23,410 bases of DNA from Candidatus Methylomirabilota bacterium (GTDB taxonomy: Bacteria > Methylomirabilota > Methylomirabilia > Rokubacteriales > CSP1-6), in assembly GCA_046726415.1 (NCBI GenBank), contig JBKPAK010000026.1:1-23410 (forward strand), given 5' to 3'. The notes under the pieces are model-generated. The model worked only from the letters and a program-made list of their open reading frames with translations. It did not search any database and was not told where the DNA came from. Shown here piece by piece: positions 13,434 through 23,378 of the stretch. How positions within the stretch are numbered: the stretch's first letter is position 1; the number at the start of each line of letters is the position of its first letter. Both the position numbers and the translations under genes were made by a program.

Positions 13434-13557
13434 AGCATGGCGGAGAATCGAGGAACGCCCCGGGCGATGATCCGCCCTCCGCGAGACGCCACCCTAGGGG
13501 GTGGAGTACCGCGAGGTGCGCTTCGACACCGGCGGCTCGGATGACCAGGAGGCCTTC

Positions 13558-14019
13558 ATGACCCCCAAGGAAGAACTGTTGAACCAGGCCGCGCGCGAAT
13601 TCAACGCCTTCCAGCAGGCCATCCATGGCTTGAACGAGGATCAGCTCACCGAGGTGTGGCTGGGCACGTGGAGCGTGCGGGAGATCGTGGCCCACATCGC
13701 GAGCTGGCATCGCGAGATGGGTCCCGCGCTTCAGCGGTTGGCCCGCGGCGAGAAACCCATCGCCGACGGCGTCTCCTACGAGGACGTCGACACCTGGAAC
13801 GCTCGGTTCGTCGCCGCCAAAAAAGACTGGCCGCTCGAGGAGATTCTGCTCGAACTCGACCGCAGTCACGAGTATTTCATGCATGTGGCGGACACCGTGC
13901 CCGAGGAGCGGGTCCAGCCCGGCAAAACGGCCCATCGCATCATCGATGCGAATAGCGCCCACCACTATCAGGAGCACGGTGACCAGATTCGCGCCTGGCG
14001 CGCGGCCCGGGATCTGTGA
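13558..14019 (+). CDS. DinB/ClbS-DfsB superfamily four-helix bundle protein
   Basis: WSVREIVAHIASW, DTWNARF, HHYQEH His cluster; AGGAGG upstream of ATG. Confidence 0.85.
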   Translation: MTPKEELLNQAAREFNAFQQAIHGLNEDQLTEVWLGTWSVREIVAHIASWHREMGPALQRLARGEKPIADGVSYEDVDTWNARFVAAKKDWPLEEILLELDRSHEYFMHVADTVPEERVQPGKTAHRIIDANSAHHYQEHGDQIRAWRAARDL

Positions 14020-14060
14020 GGGAGTCCTGACGCGATCGAGGGGGACGGGCTCCGCCTCCG

Positions 14061-15077
14061 TCACTCGAGCAATGCCACGGTGACCACGCGCTCGCCCGCC
14101 GCCACTGTCGACAAGGTCGTGGTCCGGACGAACAGCCCATCGGCGGGAGCGAAAATCGTCTCGACGATGTCACCATACACGTTCTCGATACGAGCGAGGC
14201 GGTCGCCGGTCCGCACCACCGCACCCAGCGTCGCCTCGGTATAGAGCAGGCCGCCCCGGGTGGAGCGCAGGCCGAGGAACTCGCGCAGCCTGATCGTGGT
14301 GGCCGGCGCTTCCACCTCCCCGGGAATCATCCTCAGGTAGCGAAGCGCATTCAGCACGCAGCGGGCGCCGGTGGCCACCGCGTCGGCTTCGAGACGTCCA
14401 CCCTCGCCGATCTCGAACGTGAAGCACGGGACGCCGGCCCGGGTGGCCTCCACGCCCAGAATGCCGTCGCGCACGTACATCCCCGCGGTGGTCTTCATGA
14501 TATAGCCGGAACCGAACGCCACGGCCAGGGCTTCGGCGCGCCGCGCGGGGTCGCCGAGCGCCGGCGGGGGCAAGATCGAGATGGGGACGTAGCGGCCGCC
14601 GCGAGTGGGGGTGTGGATGTCGATCGCCCACTGGCAAGCGCCGATGAGGCCGAAGAGCGTGTGCGCGATCACCTCGGCCAGGGGACCCGACGCGCTGCCC
14701 GGGAAGCAGGACCAAGGATCGATCGGCATCTGATCCAGCGGTGACTTCAGGTAGTGGCTGACGGGGATGCGGTGGTCCGCGTGCAGGGCCAGGGGATTTT
14801 GGACCAGGACGCAGACGAGGCTTCCGGCCATCTCGGCGGGGTCGACCTGTTGGAGGGCGCGGCCCAGCAGGGCGACGCCTCCGACTTCATCGCCGTGGAT
14901 GCCCGCACCGAGGTAGAGGCGCGGCCCCGGCCGCGCGCCGTTGACGAGGAGCACGGGAAGCGTCGCGGTCAAACCATCGGCCAGCTCGATGAGGGGCAGA
15001 GAGTGGCGCACGGCCGCGCCCGGCGGCACCGTGACTCCAGCCAGGCGTTGCGCGAAGCGCTCCGTGGCTCCCGTCAT
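14061..15077 (-). CDS. Succinylglutamate desuccinylase/aspartoacylase (M14) family Zn hydrolase
   Basis: GIHGDE, QNP, IDIHT, FTFEIG, C-terminal barrel-sandwich (APADGL); ATG overlaps the monooxygenase stop. Confidence 0.9.
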   Translation of the reverse strand: MTGATERFAQRLAGVTVPPGAAVRHSLPLIELADGLTATLPVLLVNGARPGPRLYLGAGIHGDEVGGVALLGRALQQVDPAEMAGSLVCVLVQNPLALHADHRIPVSHYLKSPLDQMPIDPWSCFPGSASGPLAEVIAHTLFGLIGACQWAIDIHTPTRGGRYVPISILPPPALGDPARRAEALAVAFGSGYIMKTTAGMYVRDGILGVEATRAGVPCFTFEIGEGGRLEADAVATGARCVLNALRYLRMIPGEVEAPATTIRLREFLGLRSTRGGLLYTEATLGAVVRTGDRLARIENVYGDIVETIFAPADGLFVRTTTLSTVAAGERVVTVALLE

Positions 15078-16567
15078 GATCGCGGGCGATCTTCCCCCCT
15101 GGGAGGGTCGGCGGGCAAGTCGTAGCCCGCGAGGCACCGATCGACCATCGCGCGGGCGGCGGCGAAGTCGAAGGAGCGGAAGGCCCGGATCGACGTCGTC
15201 TGGGCGCGACCGCCGGCATAGAACAGCTCGTACTGCTGATGGCGGCCGGCGAACTCGGAGCCCACGAGGTCCCAGGCCAGCTTGTAGAGCTTGACGCGCT
15301 CGACCGACTTGAGCCCGGGCGAGCGGACGAAGCGGTCGAGGTCGGCGGCGATTTCCGGATTGAGATAATCGCGATACGACGACGGCACCTGCAGGAGCCC
15401 ACCACCCGACAGCTCGCGCAGGTACGTCACCATCGTCTGGTAGTACGTGGCCTGGAGCCAGTTGTTCGCGTAGAGGTATGTCGGGTGGGGATAGACGAAG
15501 CCGCGCGGGTCGAGCTGGCACTCGCTCTCCGCCGCTACCACCAGGCCGGCGGCCATGCCGCAGTAGCTGGCCAGCTCGCCCAGCGCACTCTGGGTCTCGC
15601 GCAAGGAGTCCACCCCCATCGACTCGGCGATGCGCAGGCCCAACCCGGCCAGGAACTCCGCCTTGGCGGCGAAGCGGACCTGGGCCTGGAAGTTCCCGAG
15701 CAGATGCGCGGGCGTCTCGTAGAACTGCGCTCGGGTGAGCGCGACGTTGCGGTAGACGAACACGCGCTCCCAGGGGACGAACACGCGGTCGAAGATGACG
15801 AGGGCGTCCGTCTCGTCGAAGCGGGCGGAGAGTGGATAGTCGTACACGCTCGGCGCCGTCTCCGCGTACGGGCGCCGCACGATCATGCGCAGTCCCGGCG
15901 TGGCGGCCGGGACGGCAAACGACAGGGCGTAGTTCTCGTCGCCCGGTTGCAGGGGGTTGATGCAGCTCACGAACACCTCGTTGGAGATGGCGGCCCCGGT
16001 GCCGAGCATCTGGGCTCCCGTCACCACGATGCCGTCCGACCGCTCCGCGACCACGCCCGCGTAGAGGGTCGGATCGTCCTGGCGGTGCGCCGGCTTCGCC
16101 CGGTCGACGATGGGCGGGATGATGACATAGCTCGCGTACAGATCGCGGTCCCGGAGGTAGGCGTGGTAGCGCACCACGTTCTCGCCGAAGCGCGCCCCCG
16201 CCTGGGCGAAGAGGTCGGGGCGAAGGGCGAAGCCGGTGATGAACCCCGGCACGTGGTCGGGCGAGCGGCCCATGAGTCCGAAGGTCGCCTCGGCCCATAG
16301 ACGATGGGCGCGCCGTCGCGCCGCGAGGTCCGCCCGAGTTCGCGGCAGGAGAAAGGACGCATTCACCGGCGCTCCCGTGGCCGGTGACGGAAACGTCATG
16401 ACGTCGCGGTGCTCGGGGGCCGCGGCCAGGTCGTACAGGTTGGCGATGCTGCGCACGGCGGCGCGGAATGCCAGATGTTCGGTCACGTCCAGCGCGCGCT
16501 CTCCGTTGACGAAGACCGTGCGCCCATCCCGGAGGCTCTCGACGTACTGCGCTCCCGTGCGAAACAT
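15074..16567 (-). CDS. 4-hydroxyphenylacetate 3-hydroxylase (HpaB) family group D flavin monooxygenase, oxygenase subunit; substrate unknown
   Basis: RTGAQYVESLRDGR, MGRSPD, DYPLSARFDETDA, FVPWERVF, LAWDLVGSEFAGRHQQYELFYAG. Confidence 0.93.
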   Translation of the reverse strand: MFRTGAQYVESLRDGRTVFVNGERALDVTEHLAFRAAVRSIANLYDLAAAPEHRDVMTFPSPATGAPVNASFLLPRTRADLAARRRAHRLWAEATFGLMGRSPDHVPGFITGFALRPDLFAQAGARFGENVVRYHAYLRDRDLYASYVIIPPIVDRAKPAHRQDDPTLYAGVVAERSDGIVVTGAQMLGTGAAISNEVFVSCINPLQPGDENYALSFAVPAATPGLRMIVRRPYAETAPSVYDYPLSARFDETDALVIFDRVFVPWERVFVYRNVALTRAQFYETPAHLLGNFQAQVRFAAKAEFLAGLGLRIAESMGVDSLRETQSALGELASYCGMAAGLVVAAESECQLDPRGFVYPHPTYLYANNWLQATYYQTMVTYLRELSGGGLLQVPSSYRDYLNPEIAADLDRFVRSPGLKSVERVKLYKLAWDLVGSEFAGRHQQYELFYAGGRAQTTSIRAFRSFDFAAARAMVDRCLAGYDLPADPPRGEDRPRS

Positions 16568-16784
16568 GACCTCGCCATTCTCCACGAGACAGTGGCCCGC
16601 GCCAAGACCACGCGCACTCGCTGCCACTCGCGTGGCCCGACGGCCCGGCGGTTTCGCCTCGGGTTGGTGGGAGACCGTTCGAGAAGGTGGCTCGCTATCG
16701 GCTTGTCCCCACGCTGTCTCTGGGTGGTCGAGGCCCAGGAGGAATCTGCGACGAGAGTTGGTCTGGAGCCGCGCTTCGGCGGCC

Positions 16785-17475
<691 letters not shown>

Positions 17476-17489
<14 letters not shown>

Positions 17490-19254
17490 AGAGCTCTCCC
17501 GACCCCAAGTAGGCGCGGATGACCTCGGGGTTCTGACGGATCTGGGCGGGCGATCCCTCCGCGATCCGCTGACCGTGATTGAGGACGACGATGCGGTCGC
17601 ACAGCCCCATGACCAGGGTCATGTCGTGCTCGACCAGGAGCACGCTGATGCCACGTACGCGGATCTGCTCGATGAGCCGCATCAGGCGCTCGGTCTCCAC
17701 CGCGTTGAGGCCGGCGGCGGGCTCGTCGAGCAGCAGTACGGACGGAGCCGGCGCCAGCGCGATGGCCAGGCCGAGGAGTCGCTGTTCGCCGCACGAGAGG
17801 GTGCGGGCGGCCACCTCGGTTTTGTGGGCGAGGCCGACAAAGGTGAGGATCGCGGACGCGCGGTCTCGCAGTTGGCGCTCCTCGTAACGGTGGCCGGGGG
17901 TGCGCAGCACCAGGGCCAGCAGTCCCGTGTGCGCGAGGCGATGACACGCCGTCAGCACATTGTCGATGGCCGAGGCTTCGGGGAAGATGCTCGTGCGCTG
18001 GAACATGCGGATGAGGCCCAGTTCGGCGATTCGATGCGGAGCGAGACCGCGGATGTCGCGTCCCGCGAAGGTGACCCGGCCCGCGTCCGGAGGCTGGAAC
18101 CCGGTCATCACGTTGAACGCGGTGGACTTGCCCGCGCCGTTGGGACCAATCAGAGCGAGGATCTCTCCGCGCGCGAGCTCGAGACCGACGTCCTGTACGG
18201 CCGCCAGCCCTCCGAATCGCACGGTGACGTCGCGCATGGCGAGGGCGGGCCCTGCGCGATCATCCAGCCGGGCGCTGTCGGCCGGGAGCGTCGCCCCGAC
18301 GGGCCGCGGCGACATCGCGGCCGGTACCCTCGCGGGCAGAGCGCGCCGGAGATAGAACACGATGCCGCGCGGCATGAACAGGACGACGAGAAGCAGGATG
18401 ATGCCGTAGAGCAGCATTCGGTAGAAGACCGCCATGCGCAGCAGCTCAGGCACGAAGGTGAAGACGAGGGCGCCCACGGCGGGGCCCAGGATCGTCCCTT
18501 GCCCGCCTCCCACCACCATCACGGTCATCGTCACGGTGTTGTGGAAGCCGAACAGCTCCGGGGACAGGAAGGTGACGTAGTGCGCGTAGAAGCTGCCCGC
18601 CGCGCCCGCCAGCACGCACGCCACCACGAGCGCGAGGATGGTGTGGCGGTAGGCTCCGATCCCCGACGACTCGGCCAGGCTCTCGTTGCTGCGGATCGCT
18701 GACAGCGCGCGGCCCACGCGCGACGAAAGCAGCCGCGCGGTCAGGAGTAGCGTGCCCCCGCCCATCGCGATCATGAGGTAGTAGTAGTCGCGCTTGCTGA
18801 TCAGGGTGAAGCGCTCCGGACCCACGGCGAAGGGGGGCACGCCCGGCAATCCCATCGGCCCCTGGGTCAGATCGGTCCAGTTGGTGGCCACCAGGCGAAT
18901 CACTTCGGCGAAGCCCGTAGTCACTAACACGAAGTACGCGCCGCGAAGCCGCAGAGTGAGGCGCCCCAGCAGGTACCCGACCAGCCCGCTGATGGCGCTG
19001 GCCGCGGCCAGCGCCATCAGCGGAGAAAGCGTGAAGTGTAGGGCCAGCAACCCCGAAGCGTAGGCGCCGATCCCGAAGAAGGCGGTGTGTCCGAGATTGA
19101 GCTGTCCCGCGGCGAGCACCAGGTTCATGCCCGCCGCCAGCATGAAAAAGATCCCGGCCATGATAAGAAGATGGAGGTAATAGTCGTTGACCCCGACGAG
19201 GGGCAAGAGGACGGCAGCTCCCACCGCGACCGCGCCGAGGACGCGAGCGGTCAC
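17476..19254 (-). CDS. Fused Liv-type permease (LivM-like) + ATPase (LivG-like)
   Basis: [20 protein letters not shown], then [28 protein letters not shown] in one frame; GTG overlaps the livH-like stop. Confidence 0.92.
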
Positions 19255-20126
19255 CGCGGGATGCTCTTCTTCCCGAAGAGCCCCTGGGGACGCCACAGCA
19301 GAAGCAGGATGATCATGATGAAGCCGATGGCGTCCTTGTAGCCGGACGAGATATAGCCCGCCCCCAGACTCTCCGCGACTCCGAGCAGCAACCCCCCGGC
19401 GATCGCCCCGAGGAAGTCACCGAGACCACCCATGATCACGACGGCGAAGGACTTCAGCGCGGCGAGGTCGCCCATGGCTGGGTAAACCCAGAAGATTGCG
19501 CCGAGGAGCGCCCCCGACGCCCCCGCCAGGGCTGCGCCGAAAGCAAAGGTGGCCATGTAGATCCGATCGACGTTGACACCCGTCAGTCGGGCCATCTCGG
19601 TGTCCTGGAACGTCGCCCGCATGGCCCGGCCCAGTCGTGTCTTCCGGATAAAGAGATGCGAGCCCGCGATGAGCGCGACCGCCATGACCCCCGCGAAGAT
19701 GCGGATGGCCACGACGTGCACGGGGCCGAGAGTGAGGGGCGCGGGCGAGAACGGCGGGCGGATCGACTTCGGCGACGGATCCCAGATCAAGATCGCGAGA
19801 TTTTGAATGATCACCGAGAGCGCTACCGTGGCCAACATGGGTATCTCGAGCGGCTGGTCGCGCAGCCGACGCAGCACGAGCCGCTCCACCATCGCCCCCA
19901 CCACCCCCACCCCGATCACCGCCAGCAGACCGGCGACAAAGAAGTTGAGGCCGCTCAGAGTGAACAGCGTGAACAGGAAGAAGGCGCCGAGCATGTAGAA
20001 CTCGCCGTGCGCGAAGTTGACCACGCGCATGATGCCGAAGATGAGAGTGAGTCCGATCCCCATCAGGGCGTATCCGCCCCCGAGGATCAGGCCGTTGACG
20101 ATGTGCTGGACCAGCTCGGCGATCAT
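19251..20126 (-). CDS. Liv-type ABC permease, LivH-like
   Basis: NGLILGGGYAL.GIGLTLIFGIMRVVNFAHGEFYMLG, TRLGRAMRA, GGLG, RPQGLFG. Confidence 0.95.
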   Translation of the reverse strand: MIAELVQHIVNGLILGGGYALMGIGLTLIFGIMRVVNFAHGEFYMLGAFFLFTLFTLSGLNFFVAGLLAVIGVGVVGAMVERLVLRRLRDQPLEIPMLATVALSVIIQNLAILIWDPSPKSIRPPFSPAPLTLGPVHVVAIRIFAGVMAVALIAGSHLFIRKTRLGRAMRATFQDTEMARLTGVNVDRIYMATFAFGAALAGASGALLGAIFWVYPAMGDLAALKSFAVVIMGGLGDFLGAIAGGLLLGVAESLGAGYISSGYKDAIGFIMIILLLLWRPQGLFGKKSIPR

Positions 20127-20132
20127 TTGAGA

Positions 20133-20297
20133 TGGGGGGCCTCGAGCGGGCCCCCCAAGCCCCCCACGCGCTCGGGACGGCCCGGCGCAGCCGGGCCGCC
20201 CCTCGATCCCGCGCCGGCTTGGGGTCGCCCCACACCGCCCCCTACACCCTCAGCACGATCCCGCCCAGCCGGGCCGCCCCTCGATCCCGCGCCGGCT
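20133..20297. repeat. REP/BIME-like composite of hairpins with a perfect 32-bp direct repeat (20188-20219 and 20266-20297)
   Basis: TGGGGGGCC-N7-GGCCCCCCA; CGGCCCGGC-GCA-GCCGGGCCG; two copies of CAGCCGGGCCGCCCCTCGATCCCGCGCCGGCT. Confidence 0.8.
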
Positions 20298-20301
20298 GTG
20301 G

Positions 20302-21501
20302 TCACTTTGCGGCGGCCATCTCCCAGAGCTTCGTGCTCGGCGTCACCGCCACCACGGCGTACTTGCCGTCCTTGACCTGGGTCAGGATGATGTTGCAGTA
20401 GCTCTGGCCGTTCTGATCGAACTTGACGAGCCCGTACAGTCCCTTCATCTCGAGGCCGCGCAGGGCGGCTTGGACCTTGGCGGGCGTGGGCTCCTTGGCG
20501 ATCTCCAGCGCCTTGGCCACTACGTTGACGCCGTCGAAGCCGCGCATGCCTTCGACCACGCCGATCCAGGGCAGGTTGCGCTTCTTCCACTCGTCGACGA
20601 ACGCTTTGCTGGCCTCGGGGTCGCCCGCCATGGCGAAGTCGTAGGGATTGTAGAACGTGATGAACATCGCCCCCTCGGCTGCCTTGGCGCCGGCCAGCTG
20701 CACGATGGAATCCGGCCACGCCGAGCCGCCGGTGACTACGACCTTCGCGTTGAGGCCGAGTTCCTTCATCTGCTGCAGCATCTTGGCGGTCTTGGGCGCG
20801 TCGTCGGTGATGACCACGCTGTCCACGCCGGCTGCTTTGAACTTCGTGAGCTGGGCGTAGAAGTCGGTGTCGGCCTGACCGACGTACTCCACCAGCTCCA
20901 CGGTGGCTCCGGCCCGCTTGAGCACATCGCCGAAAGCCGTCACCGCGCCCCGTCCCCAGTCGGTGTTGACCGCGATGTAGCCAACTTTCTTCATGCCGAG
21001 CTTGGGCAGCACGGCTTCGAACCCCTTCGCCTCCAGCTCGCTGGTTGGGCTGATTCGGCTCACCACCTTCTGGCCGGGCGTTTTCGGATCGGTGATCTTG
21101 ATGGAGCTGGAGGTCTCCACCACGAGGGGCACGCCGTGCTGCGCGGCCAGCGGCATCATGGCCAGGGTCATGGAGCTACCCCAGGCCCCGATGATCACCG
21201 GCACCTTGTCGCGCACGATGAGCTTCTCGGCTGCGTTGCGCGTCTCGGCAGGGTCGGACTTGTTGTCCTCGATGATCAGTTCGAGTGGGCGGCCGAGCAC
21301 CCCACCTTTGGCATTGATGCGATCCACCGCGATCTTCGCGCCGTTGGTGATGTAGGAACCGGCCGCCGCGATGGGGCCGGATAGCGGCTGGATGAGACCG
21401 ACCTTAATGGGCTCCTTCGTCTGTGCCTGCGTCGTCCAAAGGCCGGCCGCGACGACGCCGACGGCCACGGCCACGCACGCCACGCGCTTCACGCTCTTCA
21501 T
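20302..21501 (-). CDS. Liv/HAAT-family ABC substrate-binding protein
   Basis: Signal peptide, IKVGLIQPLSGP, INAKGGVLGRPLELIIED, TDFYAQL, G..KFDQNG; AAGGAGG RBS. Confidence 0.94.
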   Translation of the reverse strand: MKSVKRVACVAVAVGVVAAGLWTTQAQTKEPIKVGLIQPLSGPIAAAGSYITNGAKIAVDRINAKGGVLGRPLELIIEDNKSDPAETRNAAEKLIVRDKVPVIIGAWGSSMTLAMMPLAAQHGVPLVVETSSSIKITDPKTPGQKVVSRISPTSELEAKGFEAVLPKLGMKKVGYIAVNTDWGRGAVTAFGDVLKRAGATVELVEYVGQADTDFYAQLTKFKAAGVDSVVITDDAPKTAKMLQQMKELGLNAKVVVTGGSAWPDSIVQLAGAKAAEGAMFITFYNPYDFAMAGDPEASKAFVDEWKKRNLPWIGVVEGMRGFDGVNVVAKALEIAKEPTPAKVQAALRGLEMKGLYGLVKFDQNGQSYCNIILTQVKDGKYAVVAVTPSTKLWEMAAAK

Positions 21502-21547
21502 GGGTTGGCGCCTCCTTGGGGGTTGGGACGTTTCGCCTCGCCTCTCA

Positions 21548-21563
21548 AGCAAGAGGCCTGCCT
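21548..21563 (-). promoter_or_regulatory. Putative sigma54 (-24/-12) promoter of the ABC-monooxygenase cluster
   Basis: Minus strand AGGCAGGCCTCTTGCT versus consensus TGGCACGNNNNTTGCW, exact GG-N10-GC spacing, 46 nt upstream of the ATG. Confidence 0.6.
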
Positions 21564-21734
21564 CAGGGTAACGGACGAAATTCCGTGTGGTTCCCACGCA
21601 TCCATGGGCCTTCAGGGCCTAGGGAGCGAGCACACCCGTCACGCGGGGCCCGCCCGGCGGGCACCGGTCGCTGCGAGAGGGCCAAGAGCACCGTTCGGGC
21701 GACCGCCGGGAAAGCCCACCGCGCCGCGCGTGCT

Positions 21735-23318
21735 TCAGCCGCGGGCGCGGCGGTCGTCGCGGCGCAGCTTGTATTCGATGGAGTCGACGAGGGCCTGCCA
21801 GGAGGCCTCGATGATATTGTCGGCCACGCCGACCGTGCCCCAGGTTTCCTCGCCGTCACCCGAGGTGATGAGCACGCGCGTCTTGGCGCCCGTGCCCTTC
21901 GACTCGTCCAGGATGCGAACCTTGTAGTCCAGGAGTCGCAGCGCTTTCAGGTTCGGATAGAACTCCTCGAGGGCCTTGCGCAGCGCGTGATCGAGGGCGT
22001 CGACGGGCCCATTGCCCGAGGCCGCGGTATGCTCGAGCGCGCCCTTGACGCGCACGCGCACGGTCGCCTCGGCCACTGGTTCCTGACCGCCGTTCTGCTC
22101 CTCCACGATCACGCGGTAGGCCTCCAGGTCGAAATACGGCTGATGACGGCCGAGCGCCCGCTCCATCAGGATCTCGAAGGACGCCTCGGCACCCTCGAAC
22201 TGGAAGCCCTGGTCTTCTAGCGCCTTGAGCTGATCGAGGATGCGACGCGAGTCGGGCGTCTCGCGGTCGAGGTCGATGCCGTATTCACGTGCCTTCCAGA
22301 GGATGTTGGACTTGCCACTCAGCTCCGACACGAGCACGCGGCGACGATTGCCGACCGCCTCCGGATCGAGGTGCTCGTACGTCTCGGGATGCTTGAGCAC
22401 GGCGGAGACGTGCATGCCGCCCTTATGGGCAAACGCCGAGTCTCCCACGTAGGGTTGGGCATCCCACGGCTTGCGGTTGGCCAGCTCGGAGGCGAAGCGC
22501 GACACCGAACGCAATTCGCGCAGATTGTTTTGGGGGATGCAGGCGAGCCCCATCTTGAGGACGAGGCTGGGGATGATCGATACCAGATTGGCATTCCCAC
22601 ACCGCTCACCGTAACCGTTGACCGTTCCCTGCACTTGCCCAACGCCCTCGCGCACGGCGGCGAGGGAGTTGGCCACTGCACACTCGGCATCGTTGTGGAC
22701 GTGAATACCGAGCGGGGCGCGAACGTGCCGCTGCACCGCGCGGATGATCTCCACGAGATCAAAGGGGAGCGTGCCCCCATTGGTGTCGCACAAGATGAGC
22801 CAGTGGGCTCCGGCGTCTTGGGCGGCCTTGAGGGTGGCCAGGGCGTAGTCGCGGTTGGCGCGGAAGCCGTCGAAGAAGTGCTCGGCGTCGAAGATGACCT
22901 CCTCGGTGCGCTGACGCAGGAAGGCGATGGTGTCGGCGATCATCGCCAGATTTTCAGGCAGCGTAGTGCCGAGCGCTTCGGTCACGTGGAAGTCCCAGGA
23001 CTTGCCCACGATGGTCGCGACCGGCGCTTCCGCCTCGAGGAGAGCCTGCATGTTGGCGTCGTTCTCAGCCACGGCGCCCGCGCGGCGGGTCATGCTGAAG
23101 GCGGCCAGCTTCGCGTGCTTGAAGCTAACGTCCTGCATGCGGCGGAAGAAGCGCAGGTCCTTTGGATTCGACCCCGGCCAACCACCTTCGATGTAGTGGA
23201 CGCCGAGCGCATCCAGTCGCGTGGCCAGCCGGACCTTGTCCTCCATCGAAAACGAGACGCCCTCACCTTGAGTCCCGTCTCGAAGGGTCGTGTCATAAAT
23301 CTTGATCAAACGGGGCAT
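21735..23318 (-). CDS. cimA: (R)-citramalate synthase
   Basis: [75 protein letters not shown]. Confidence 0.93.
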   Translation of the reverse strand: MPRLIKIYDTTLRDGTQGEGVSFSMEDKVRLATRLDALGVHYIEGGWPGSNPKDLRFFRRMQDVSFKHAKLAAFSMTRRAGAVAENDANMQALLEAEAPVATIVGKSWDFHVTEALGTTLPENLAMIADTIAFLRQRTEEVIFDAEHFFDGFRANRDYALATLKAAQDAGAHWLILCDTNGGTLPFDLVEIIRAVQRHVRAPLGIHVHNDAECAVANSLAAVREGVGQVQGTVNGYGERCGNANLVSIIPSLVLKMGLACIPQNNLRELRSVSRFASELANRKPWDAQPYVGDSAFAHKGGMHVSAVLKHPETYEHLDPEAVGNRRRVLVSELSGKSNILWKAREYGIDLDRETPDSRRILDQLKALEDQGFQFEGAEASFEILMERALGRHQPYFDLEAYRVIVEEQNGGQEPVAEATVRVRVKGALEHTAASGNGPVDALDHALRKALEEFYPNLKALRLLDYKVRILDESKGTGAKTRVLITSGDGEETWGTVGVADNIIEASWQALVDSIEYKLRRDDRRARG

Positions 23319-23345
23319 TTCCTGCCTCCTCGCGCGCGTCCCCGT

Positions 23346-23375
23346 ATGATGCGAGAGCGACGCTGGCCCTGTCAA
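23346..23375 (-). promoter_or_regulatory. Putative sigma70-type promoter of cimA
   Basis: Minus strand TTGACA (23375-23370), 18-nt spacer, CATCAT (23351-23346). Confidence 0.5.
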
Positions 23376-23378
23376 TGA

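Noticed and set aside
15074-16567. Calling the gene hpaB and the transporter livKHMGF
   Set aside because: Family membership is clear, but active-site changes and missing hpa pathway genes make specific symbols unsupported
16611-16626. Second sigma54-like GG-N10-GC (TGGCAGCGAGTGCGC, minus strand) upstream of the monooxygenase
   Set aside because: Lacks the TT before GC; easily random at this GC content
20188-20297. Mini-CRISPR array interpretation of the two 32-bp repeats
   Set aside because: Only two repeats, no cas genes or AT-rich leader, and the repeat is part of a hairpin element inside an operon
21502-21734. Riboswitch or leader-peptide attenuator upstream of the ABC binding protein
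   Set aside because: No recognisable aptamer consensus, T-box or terminator U-tract; an Infernal/Rfam scan would be needed to exclude it fully
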